The translations under genes and the position numbers were made by a program. From assembly GCA_020536535.1 (NCBI GenBank), contig JAHLWZ010000187.1, forward strand, positions 186,001 through 250,000: DNA of 64,000 nt, in the 5' to 3' direction. The notes beneath the pieces are model-generated. The model worked only from the letters and a program-made list of their open reading frames with translations. It was not told the origin of the DNA and did no database searches. Of the stretch, positions 12,751 through 24,449 are shown in pieces. Source of the stretch: Pelomyxa schiedti (lineage: Eukaryota; Protista; Evosea). The first letter of the stretch is position 1. Every line of letters starts with the position of its first letter.

Positions 12751-13617
12751 AGGAGAGTGTAATTTTTCTTCCAATAAGCGAATCCCGATGATTGCAAGTT
12801 GGTTTAAAAATTCCGAGTCGGATTTTCGCCTTTGTGGGTCGGATTTTAAGGGCTTTAAAGGAGTGCCTGCTCTGTGGTGCAATGGTCTGAGGCGTGCGAA
12901 ATTGCATCCAGAAGGAGGTGTTCAAGTTGTTTCTGGGTTGGGCTAAGGTAGGGGGAGAAGGTGCCAAAGCAGGGTGGGAATGTTTGAAGTTGAGTTTGCA
13001 TTGGGTTAGACACCAAGGTAGTGTTTGACAAAGCAAAGGGAGGAATAGGTGTAGGCAAAGCAAAGGCAGAAGCTGACTGAGTGGTGCTCAATGACACAAT
13101 GTTGGGTAAAATAAGTGGAGGCAAAGCATTCAATGAGGCAGATGGAAGGAAGTAGAGAAGTGCTTGGTGGCACTGAGGTGGGTAACACAAATTGAGGCAA
13201 AGTTAAGTTGATTGGATGTGCTGGTTCTGTTGTTGGGTTGTTCTTTTTTGCTTTTTTTTGTTGTTGGACTTGATGCTGGGCTTTCAATTGGGCAAGAAGC
13301 TCTGCAGAAATGGATAGAAAACTGTCTTTACCCATTGAAATAGAATCTCTGTGCATCTTTTGGCAATCAGCTAAAGCGGAAACACTATGAACACGACCAA
13401 GCTTGAGCAAAAGAAATGTTGTGAAACTGAAAAACGTAAGTATGACACAAAGTAATAATTGACAACACTATGCAAAGCTAAAGCACAACCAAGAGGAGTG
13501 CTATTTATTTGAAACTCTGGTGGCACAACCAACGCTCTCACTTGCTCATCGGAATACTTCGTTCAGAGTCGGATTTTACCACAGATGCTTTTTAAAGAAA
13601 AATAGATGAGGCTGATG

Positions 13618-16600
13618 TTAGCTCGTCTGGGTGGGTTTCAATAGGGCCTGAGCAGCCAGACACCCCTCAGCAGCTGCCCGACGGTAAAAGGTGTTCGCTA
13701 CCCCAACATCCATCTTCACACCATTGCCGTATTTGTAACACGAACCAAGGTTGCACATTGCATCGGCACTTCCAGCATCAGCAGCCCTCCTGAAAAGTGA
13801 CACAGCCTCGTTCATGTCCTTCTCAACACCATTCCCATTGTGGTAACACCAACCAAGGTTGTTCATTGCTTTGGCACATCCAGCATCGGCAGCCTTCCTG
13901 AAAAGTGAAACAGCCTGGTTCATGTCCTTCTCAACACCATTGCCATTTTCGTAACACAAACCAAGGTTGTTCATTGCAAGGATATTTCCAGCATCAGCAG
14001 CCCTCCTGTAAAGTGACACAGCCTGGTTCATGTCCTTCTCAACACCATTGCCATTTTCGTAACACAAACCAAGGTTGTACATTGCAATGATATTTCCAGC
14101 ATCAGCAGCCTTCCTGTAAAGTGAAACAGCCTGGTTCATGTCCTTCTCAACACCATTGCCATTTTGGTAACACAAACCAAGGCTGTTCATTGCATTGGCA
14201 CTTCCAGCATCAGCAGCCTTCCTGAAAAGTGACACAGCCTCGTTCATGTCCTTGTCAACATCATTGCCATTTTTGTAACACAAACCAAGGTTGAACATTG
14301 CATCGGAATCTCCAGCATCAGCAGCCTTCCTGTAAAGTGACACAGCCTGGTTCATGTCCTTCTCAACACCATTGCCATTTTGGTAACACAAACCAAGGTT
14401 GTTCATTGCAGCGATACTTCTAGCATCGGCAGCCTTCCTGTAAAGTGACACAGCCTCGTTCATGTCCTTGTCAACACCATTGCCATTTTGGTAACACAAA
14501 CCAAGGTTTAACATTGCATCAGCACATCCAGCATCAACAGCCTTCCTGTAAAGTGACACAGCCTCGTCCAGGTCCTTCTCAACACCTTCACCATTTTCGT
14601 AACACACACCGAGGTTGTTCATTGAATCAGCAAATCCTGCATCAGCAGCCTTCCTGAAAAGTGACACAGCCTGGTTCATGTCCTTCTCAACACCATTGCC
14701 ATTGTAGTAACACAAACCAAGGTTGATCATTGCCTCGGCACATCCAGCATCAGCAGCCTTCCTGAAAAGTGACACAGCCTCGTTCATGTCCTTCTCAACA
14801 CCACTGCCATTTTTGTGACACCAACCAAGGCTGTTCATTGCAGAGGCATTGCCAGCATCGGAAGCCCTTCTGAAAAGTGATGCAGCTTTGCTGGTGTCCC
14901 TGTCCACAGCAGTTCCAGCAACAAAACATGCACCAACAAGTGACATTGTGGAAGCCCACCAGAGTGTGGTTGGTTCGTTGTGTGTCACACAACAGCCCAC
15001 GATCTGAGGGAGACCACATGATGTTGTCTTCTCCAAACAACAGCAGGCTGTCCACAAAGCAACAAAATATTGGCATGCCCCCTGTCTGCCCCACCCCTTT
15101 GCAGGGGGATCACCAAAATCACTCATGGCGGATACCAAGGCAATGAGTTCATCCCACTCTTGTGCAACACTCATCACCGTTTCCTCGGCTTTCTTCTCTT
15201 CGTGAACTTGTTGTGTTTGTGGCATCAGGGGTGGTGGTGTCACCAGCACACTGTTGGCAGCCAACAGCAGCACCCTTCGGCAATAGTCTCTCATTTCCGG
15301 AATGGAACTGGAGATCGCACGCGAAAATGCGGATGACAAGTTTGGGGGAATGAGTTGGTGCAACGCAACGTGATCATCTGCGAAAAAACGGAGGCCATAA
15401 AGAAACAGAAGGCCAGGAAGGTAACACAGCTCTTCCTGAACCTGAACCTGAATCCGTGATGCTGATGTTCCTTTTTTTTTTTTTTGGAATGGCATAGAGT
15501 TTGCATTTAGTGAGTGTGGAATTCATCCCCCCCCATTTGAAACAACACGCACTGTTGTTTGTGCGGCAACTCTCAAATTGTTTGAAAGCATCTGAGACAA
15601 GGTGGATGGCCGCCTCAATGTTGACTTGCTCAAACTCAAAAAGTGCCTCAAGCATAATCTTGCTTCTGGGAAATTCAAGTTGCTCATCTTTTTTTTTTAT
15701 GTTTGTATGTCTGCAGGATAATATTTAATTAAAATAACTTGATTTGAGGATACGGAGTTCATCTGGGGGGGTGGGGGGGGTGGGGGGTGGAATTGGTATT
15801 GCATACATGTGCAGATGGTGAGATGGTCACTCCACATTCGTTTGCAGCAGTCTTTTTCTGAACACGACTCGATGATGTTCCTCAAAAAATTGGATGCTGG
15901 AAATGATAGATCAGAAGATGATGGTGCCGATCGTTCTGGCCTTGTTGTTGTTGTCGTCACCTCCACAGAGGTGGTGGTGGTGGTGACCTTTCCTTGAATC
16001 AACCCCACACAGTCCTTGATTGCGTTGCTGTTGCTGCTGTCGTTGTCGTCGCCGTCAACACAGCCGATGTTGCAGATGTGCCTCATCCTGAGTGCAGTTA
16101 AAACCAATTCAGGGAGAGTTGTTCTGTGGCTCTGGTTGATGGCTCTCTCGAATTCTAAATCTGTGTGTGTGAACGAAGCCTTCCCTGAGACTGCTGCTCG
16201 TATTCCCTTTCTCGCCACACCACTTCCATGAACTGCAGATGCAGATGCACCAGAAGAAAGTAAATAATGAAGAATCAACAACGCTGGTGAGAACAACGGC
16301 TCAACATCGAGAGCTCTGTGGAGAGTGTCACAACAGTCCTTTGTCGAGTGGCCATGCAGAATCTGGCAAAGAGCCTTTGCCGTTAGTCTCCCTTTTTTTT
16401 TTTTGTTTTAAATTGGCATGACACACGCACACACATCAATTTTAACATCACAAAAGCTCGGAAACGCAACCTGGATCATCATTGTCTCTGTTTGCCATTG
16501 GTTCCAAGAGAGTGTAAAACGAGAGCTGTTCCTGAGGACTCGGATCGGGAACCACAGTTTCCAACAGTTTGGATGCATCCAAAAGGGGAATCCTTTTTGC

Positions 16601-18027
16601 GGGGTCACACTCAAGCAACCCGCGCACAATGTGGCACAACTCCCTCGGGAATTCCGGCGGTCTCATTGGAAACTGCTCCTCACTCTGAACTGAAAAGTCA
16701 ACCTGGCCGGTTGGACCATAAGCTGCCGGGTATCCTGGCAGTGGATGCTGACCACCCATTGCAAGTTCAAACAAAATGCATCCAAGTTCAAACGATGGTT
16801 GCTGGGGTTTTGGTTTTGGTTTTGGAAAGGTGAGAGGTGAGAGCGAGCGACGGAATCAGGGTGTGTGGTGTGTGAGAGAGTGTGTGTGGTTAAATCGCAC
16901 ACACCTTTCCACAAGGCAACCTTGGACAGCGATCTGGGTGCTGCGTGTAAAGTGCAATTCCGTTGAGAATTTCTGGTGCAAGGTGAGACTGATTCCCCAC
17001 TGTCCCAACAAAGCACCCTGTTTCCCTCTCAAGTGATCCGTTTGGGAATTTCTTTGCACATCCAAGGTCAATCACAATGACTTGTTCTTTGTTCTTTTGT
17101 TGTTGTTTTTTTTTTGTTAACCCCGATTGACGTACAGTTGGTTGGTTGGTTGATTGATTGAGGGTTGTTGTTGTTGGTTGTGTGTTGTGTTGACACAAGA
17201 CACACACCGAAGAGACAACGATGTTGTCCAACTTCATGTCAAAGTGGATGGTTCGGTTCCTGAAGAGATGAACAAGGGCTGCACAGATATCCCTCGAGTA
17301 CTTGTGAACAACACACCACGGTGTTGTTGTTGTTGTTGTTGCTGTTGTGAGAGCCTGCTGCTGTGTGCCAGTGGGTTGGTTGAGCTGTTTCAGGAAATGG
17401 TCAAGGGTCTCTGAGTGATACTCCAGGACAATCCACACACACGCGTGTATCCTTTGCCTCACTGGATCAAATGCCGACTCCTTTGGAACTGGTGGGAGCA
17501 GGTCAAAATACTCCTGAGGGGGCCTGTCGGTGAAGTGGCAGAAATACTGGTTCACATTTGGGTGTGCATCAAGAGTTGATGACACAAGGTATTCATTCTT
17601 CATCCAATGCGTCATAAATTGGGGGGATAAAAAAAAAAGGTGGAATTTTAAAGAACACACCTCAAATGCATTTGAGACTGAACTGGTGCGCACACCCCAA
17701 TAATTGAAGGGCACCTTGAGCACGTATGATTGATCCCTGAAGAACTCAGGGTGCCCTTCCCCAATGCACTTCGCCTCGTAAACGATCCCTTCCAGTCCAA
17801 GGTCAATTGTTGTTGACAACGAAACAACTGAAAATATGGTGGTGTGGTGGCGTACCGTTGCAACCGTGTGCGATCTTCCTCACCAGTTTGAAATTCCGAG
17901 CCACCACGACGCTCGTGGCCGCGTTGGGAACGTCCGACCGTTTGGCAGTTTCGGCCAACCGAGTGAAGAACGATGTGCGCTCGATCTGAACGCGTTGGAA
18001 GGCCTCGCGGCCCACCACGGAACTCAT
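13618..18027 (-). CDS. Protein kinase - helical linker - 12 Sel1-like repeats (one multi-exon gene)
   Basis: Kinase motifs IAHGCNG, VLKVPFNY, HPNV, HFDMKLDN, IDLGCA, GNQSHLAPE, FELG, LLECDPAKR. Exons join via DNDDP|GRLTAKALCQIL into the 15697-16296 ORF, then 15374-15655, then the SEL1 exon. The 5' end is uncertain. Confidence 0.75.
13650..14950 (-). repeat. Tandem 108-bp (36-aa) Sel1-like repeat array, 12 units, high DNA identity
   Basis: Unit AMxNLGLCYxNGNGVEKDMNxAVSLxRKAADAG, repeated without introns. Confidence 0.95.
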
Positions 18028-18169
18028 TGTTTTTCACAATGTAGTTTATGTCTATAACAGAGACACCAAGAGAGTTCACTGACAGTGCTCCCTCGGTTAA
18101 CCGTACCAACTCTACCCAAAAAACACAAGAAAATTCTGGATCTGGTACGGATGTCAAAATCATGTCGAA

Positions 18170-20350
18170 CCAGGGGGAGAAGGTACTGGGACTGAGGAAA
18201 CCCAAAAAGTGGCAGTAACCGGACAGGTGCCGGAAAAAAAAAGTTCCATGGACCAGATTGTATCATTCTCCTAAATTGATTACAAAAAACCTGTTTGATT
18301 GTGGGCAAACTGTTGTAGTATGTGGTAGTGCATAAGAAGTTGTGGCATGATGGTTTCGAGGTCTAACACACATCCCCAATCACCATTGTGTACTTCTGCA
18401 AAGTACACGAGCTCGGACTTCGGAGATTCAGACTCGATCTGAGAGATCGCAGGAGATCTTGATTGATTACCAGAACGGGACTCCGAGAGGAAACATCACA
18501 CCGGCAACACACCGGCCACACAAACAGTCCCACCAAGGCTTTCTTCTGAAAATTGGAACTCCACAAGGGGTAATCTCTTCTCTGGTGAAACAAGACCATA
18601 CATTTTATACATCAACTCAGAAAGAGAAGATTGAAGATTGTGCATGAATTGACTGAAGGTGTGCTCAGGGCAGTGCTAAAACCACCAAAAAAGGGTGGTA
18701 CCACAGTTTTTTTTTTGTTTTAACTGTTTATAGCATATCTGGGGATTTCTCATTTCTCTTCTGAATTGCTGGTGACATTACAAGCTGCACTGCATCTCAC
18801 TGACACAGACCTACAGCTTGCAGGAAAGTCATCTGCAAGTGCACGAAGGAAAGCCATCTCTGACTGGGCTGCAAAAACTGGAAACACGGAAACAACAAAA
18901 ACAGCTGTGGCTTCTATCAAAGAAAAGCAAGCACAAGCTGTTCCTCAGCAACAGCCACGCAAACACAGACCTTCAGCTTCACAAGTGGCACCCAATCCCA
19001 AGGAGACTGTATCTCTTGTACAGATCTGTTTGTCTTGGATGTTTCCTTGCCTCTCTGAAGCATTTGGTTGTGTACAGTTGTGGTCAAGGGAACTTGCATC
19101 CAAACTTGTAACAATTCAACGAGTGTGAGGGAATAAGTAGAATGTATGGCTTCCTAGATAGCACATTTGGGAGTGTTCTTGTTTTCAATCATGAGCTGAC
19201 AGGTATTAAAAACAACACTTTACAATGCGACTTTGCTGTTTCAGTACCTGCACCCCATGTTCTTGAACTGGGACCTCTTTCCTCATACCCAAAGCACTGC
19301 CAGGAGTGTGCAAAGCTGTATCGCATTGCTTATGATATCCATTGCTACCAACAGAGAAAAACTAGTGGGTCACTCTGCTGGATGAAAAAAACTATGACAG
19401 CAAGTCAGTGCCGGGTAGTCAATCTTTTAGAATCAGAAAAGCAACCACTACAAAAAAAGGTTAATGCATTGACAATGGAACTTGAACATACCCAGCTTGT
19501 CTTAGCAAACAGAACTTCAAAAGAGTGCCTTGTGCATGACTTACTTGCTGTGCTGAATTTGGAGTACCAACAGGGGTCCCTGAACTTTTGTGAGATACTA
19601 GTTAAGTCTTTACTTGAGTACCTGCAGTTGAAAGACAGAAGACAGATCCGGTATACAGCAGAGATGACTAATTGGGGTCAGGTTCTTTATACAATATGCG
19701 GAAAGACTGGATATGAACACATTCGCGGATATGTAACAGGAGGAAGTAGGGGTCACCCCACCATCAAAAGAGAAAATGGGCCTTCCTCTACCTTCAGTCA
19801 GTAGCCTACAAAAAGAATAACACCACCAAACTTCAGTACAAGTGATGCAGCAATAAGGGTGTAGTTCTTCCTGGTGGAATTAGCTTTGATGGTGTTGAAG
19901 TGCGGAAAGGGCTAGAGAGGGATATGTCATCACAGATGCTTATTGGGTCTACACAGGGAGGGATCCCTATTGAAAATATAAGCAACCTTCAAAAGGTGAA
20001 TGAAGATACCTTTTCATCAGAGGCTCCACACAGCAATAGCAGTTCAGAGATTAGCCTTGCCTCAGAGATACTGCAGGTTGCCTGGGTTGGGTGGAATGGC
20101 ACTGCACAAGAATGCATTTTCGAAATCCCTATTTGTGGAATGAGTAATAGAAAAATAAGGCAAGTTGTACTACAGATTTTGCAAGCACTAAAAGTGGCTG
20201 ATATACCAACACTGTGGGTCTCTAGTGATGGGTGGAATAAAGGAGCCTGTAACAATCTAATGGACCCACTGGTGAAAGCATTGCAGCAACATTAGAATTC
20301 GTCATGTTTCTCACATGGAGAAGCTCTTCCGGAACTACTTGCTAAATTAC
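18170..20350 (+). mobile_element. Degenerate P-element-like (THAP9/Tnp_P) DNA transposon with candidate left terminus
   Basis: Frameshifted ORFs contain LPLPSVSSLQK, GISFDGVEVRKGLERD..LIG (first catalytic D), WVSSDG (second D) and HVSHMEKLFRNYLLN (the P-family DxxHxxKxxRN-like motif). Segments 18185-18243 and 18697-18893 recur near 39.5-40.1 kb. Confidence 0.65.
19142..20340 (+). pseudogene. Frameshifted and truncated P-like transposase
   Basis: Motifs lie in three different frames with intervening stops at about 19800-19860 and 20295; the third catalytic residue was not found. Confidence 0.6.
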
Positions 20351-20686
20351 TTCGCCTGAAAACACACATGGAGTCTGAACATCACAGACCGTTCTCCTAC
20401 CCACCCCCGGCAGACCACTCGTGGAGTTACATTGAGCTTGAGGGTCGATTGGCACCGACGGTACAACACACAACCCTCTACAACCAGCCAAACGCCACAC
20501 AACCGCCGCACGGCTCGCCATCACCAGTGATTGGTTTTCTGTTTTGTTGGAGTTTGTTGATCAAACGTGTGGAAAAGGTATCAACCAGGCTTCTCTCTTT
20601 GGAACGTTGGAAAGCAAACCAAAATGGGATTCTTAGTAATAAAGGAAAAAGATATCGTGAGGCTCAGGAACATTGTCGGTTTTTTT

Positions 20687-23600
20687 ATGTCGCTCAAAGC
20701 GCCTCCTTCAGCGAACCAAAGAGCCGTTGTCGAACTTAGCAGCACCCCGGTGGGTCGGTACAATGTGATGCTTTTGGGTGACAACACTCCTGGAAGGGTA
20801 TGTGGTGCTTGTTGGTTTGTTTGTGTTGTTTGTTTGTTTTGTTGTTGATACTCGACACACCTTGTTAAGACATAGGCTATGTGTCTTTATTTTGTTGCGT
20901 TGTGACCACCAGCCACCAGATGGCTCTTGTTGAGGAGATGAAGGCACTACACATTGGGCCACTGCCAACTCCCAGGACTGAGGAGTATTCCGCACCGGGA
21001 GCACCTGGGTGTTCCTCATGGGACCTTTTATACCACTCTTGCGGTACGTTGGTATGTGTTGGCAGTGTATTTGTAATTTTGGACTCTGATATTCACGGAT
21101 GTTTTCCTATTTGAAAATAGAGGGGCTTCTGGTTGGAGTCACACTCAATGGTGAGACTTTCCACTTCCTCTGGGCATTTTTCATCAGTTTTCAAAAAAAC
21201 AAAGATGTGTCTAATATGTGGGGTGACTGGAACAGGCCGTACAAGTATGATTCAAAAGCTGATGCTGCAATTTTGTGTTTCTCATTGCGGAGCAATGACA
21301 CTCTGAACAGTGTCAGAAACAAGGTTATAAATCAATACTTCCACACTTTTTACCATGGGCATTTGAAACAGTGGTTTCCTGAAATATTCAACAACAAGCG
21401 TGGTGTCCCCTGCTTCCTTGTTGGACTGAATCATGATATCCCTACCTCTCCCTATTATAAACACACTCCAGTGACACATCAGCAAGGAATTCAAGTATTT
21501 TTGTTTCTATCTTCTTCCTTTTTGAAATGTCTCAAAAGGCAGCCCGTGATATTGGGGCTGTTTATTATTACGAAGTTGAGAATGCTTCTGCAGTTGTCAA
21601 ATCACTGATATCACGACTGGTTCACACTCTCCAGCACCCCATCTCATGCAACACTGATAAGTGGGAGAGCCTTGAGCTGTCCTATACCAGGTAATCTTGT
21701 GCAAAGGATGATTATTCTTTCTCACTGTTAAACTCCACAACGCAAACCAAGTTATGGGCACGTCTGCTCAGTGCATAACGATCACCTATACATTTTTGGA
21801 GGTGGCCCAAATAGTGCTCAAACAACCGAAGGTATCTCATTTGACCTGAATTCTAGAACTCGCACTTCCATGTCTGATCCACGTGGCGAGTGCACGAGAT
21901 TCCCTGCACACTGTGCATCAAGTGATGGGAGATATGTTTACTTTTATGGTGGAAGGAAATTCACAGTACCCGTAAACTCATTCAATGTTTTTGATGCCGA
22001 GAATCATTCGTGGAATAAATTGAATCCTCCCGTAGATCGCCCTGCCACCTATGGAGCAAGCCTTTGCTTGTGCGTTGTCTTATGTGATTTTACAGCCGTT
22101 TATGTCCTCCTGTTTTCGAACTAACTTCGCCCAAGGTTTCGCAACAGTCTCTTTCTTTTTGGTGGATCTCACGACCCCGGTGCCTCTAGTAGTCTCTATG
22201 GTAGTTATTCCTTTCCTGTCTGGAGAAGTGACTTATCTTCCATGTAAAACGGCAGTCTATAAGCTGGATACACAGACGTGGAGTGCAATTCCTCCCAGAA
22301 ATGCTGCCCCTGAACCTCGTTATCATCACAGTGCCTTTGTCAAGTGCCTTTTCCTCTCATTTATCATTGCTTTTTTAAACACCACAAAAGGGGAAACAAG
22401 ATGTTTATTCTATGTGGAATTGGGGAGAAAAATGTGAAATACAATGACGTTTGGACCACTAATCTCCTGGAAGCTTCTGCATTCGGCCGGGCAACTTGGG
22501 TGAAGGTCACATGCCAAGGGACGCCTCCCACGCCACAACGCGGACATGCAGGGTGCTTGTTGACTGAAGATATGTTTATGTTTGTTGGTTCAACAAACTC
22601 AAATCCCTCTGCCGAATTTTTCAAGTGAGTGAATCCCTGACTCACCCAAGTAATGATATTAATTCATACACCTCTGGTCAAATACTGATGATTAGCATTT
22701 TTCCGAGTAGTTCTATCCAATAATATCATACTAATAATTATTGTGATAATATCGAGTTACTGTGAATAACCACAGGTTTCAGATTTGACACAAACACATT
22801 CACATGGACGAAATTATTGCTTCCTTATTCACCACGCTCCAGAGAGGTTGAAATTCATTTTTACACACTCCCTCTCAAACATAACCAGTTTTTTGGGATT
22901 GCCTCATGGAGGCAGCATGTTATACTCATTGGTGGGATGATACGAGACACTTCATCTGCAGTTTTGTCTGATTGCCACATCTCATTCACACCATCGTTGT
23001 TTGCTACACCTCCAAAAACAAGTGCCTCTACTACCACAAATGGCGCATCACTTGTGTCATCATCACTTCCACAAGATCACTCTTCACCTGTTCAACTTCC
23101 ACAAGACTGTTGGGTACAAATTACATCCTACCTGGAACCAGAAACAATCTGCCTGCTGGGAGCTGTACTTCACACTTCCTGCTCAATCAACCTCACTCCC
23201 AGAAAAAGGTTTCACGAACTTTGTACAAGATTTGCGTCAGCGATTTGGTGTGGAGGAGGTTTTTGCCTGTTGAATTTCACTCTCAAACATGTCTGAAAAC
23301 CTTATGTATGTGTCCAGTCAAATTCCTTTTGCTAACCACAATGAAGGTATTCCCATGTGGAAAAATGCAACTCCATTGGCAGCTATGTATAATGTTCCAA
23401 GATACACCGTATGTCTTCACATTTTAAATTAAATGGTGATATCATTGTTATTTAATAACATTTACCAAAACAACAGGGACCTGAGTCACCGTCTTGTTTC
23501 CTTGGTGATGGACAAATTCTGATGGCTGATGGAACCACCAAGTCTAAAACATCCTCACCCAACTTCCGACTCACAGTTTCCAACAGACCAGTGAGGGACG

Positions 23601-24300
23601 TGGAGGAAGGAGATTGTGTCATGACAGAACTAATGCGTGGCCGAAAAGTGGAGCAAGTGAGGGCACATCATCGTTCCAATCCTCTGAGGCTTGTATTTTT
23701 GAATGGCGTTGGTCTGACAACAGGACACCCAATCTGGCAAGTAGGTCACCAACCGAATTGGCACACTGACGCAGGTTAGTTTTTGCTCTTCCGGAATTGC
23801 AACTATATCTCCTTGTGAACGCTGGGTGCCATTCACACACTCCCATCCCCCAAATATCAAGTTTTTACAACAAAATTCATGAGTACACAGGAGAGTGGGT
23901 GCGTGCTTGTGATTCCAAGTCAGCAGAGATGAGGGTTGTTGAAAACCCCATTCTTTATGACTTTGTTCTTGCTGGTGGTCCTGTGGTGTGTCTGTGGCTT
24001 TCATAATCCCCACTAAATGAATTAAGGGTAATACAAACGCACACCACAATAAACCAAATTATTAATTTGCCCACAGGAGCCTGACCACAGTGTCATCATC
24101 AACACCGTTATTGTATGTACACTTGGGAAAGACTGTGGGCCAAACTTCAGGAACAGGTTCCCAAAGTCTGACCTCATGTATGTGTAGTAGTATCTCTCTT
24201 TTTACGATTTTTGCTCTCCAACAAACAAGCAACTCACAGGTATGGCAGTGGCTTTTGGGCCTCCTATAGCAACAAACGCAGCATTGAAACAACAGAGTGA
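20687..24300 (+). CDS. Degenerate Rho-like GTPase domain - Kelch repeats - F-box - Vint-type Hint domain protein
   Basis: VMLLGDNTPGR, DAAILCFS..NSVRNK|WFPEI..VPCFLVG and ARDIGAVYYYE (Rho-like); YIFGG/YFYGG/LIGG kelch blades; F-box LPQDCWVQITSYL..VSRTLYKICVSDLVW; GPESPS-CFLGDGQILMADG..LTTGHPI..LYDFVL..HSVIINTVIVCTLG (Hint). The GTPase-kelch, kelch-F-box and F-box-Hint junction phases were checked and are compatible. Confidence 0.78.
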
Positions 24301-24449
24301 CTTCAACAACTAAAAGGTTCCTTGTTGTGCTTTACTATTGGGCAATTCTAAGAACAATTGTTGTTGATCGAACCTTTTCCCCCATCATTTTCGACCCGTC
24401 GCCCACAAAGAAAAACAAAAAAACAACAACAAAAAAAACAGAAACCCTC

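Noticed and set aside
12737-13600. Minus-strand ORFs and a recurring gtcggatttt motif with a near-palindrome at about 12806-12826
   Set aside because: Overlapping ORFs occur in all frames with no domain, and the motif copies are in the same orientation, so there is no support for a gene or MITE.
13650-14950. Regular tandem array as a possible CRISPR or non-coding satellite
   Set aside because: The period is 108 bp, in frame, and encodes Sel1 repeats; there are no unique spacers.
18030-18645. Extra 5' coding exons of the kinase gene
   Set aside because: This requires several stops and frameshifts, and part of the region is the repeat shared with 40043-40100, so it is more likely a transposon end than coding sequence.
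4807-24300. Cullin and F-box-Hint genes as a functional cluster
   Set aside because: They are 13 kb apart with unrelated genes between them, and eukaryotic neighbourhood alone is not evidence of co-function.
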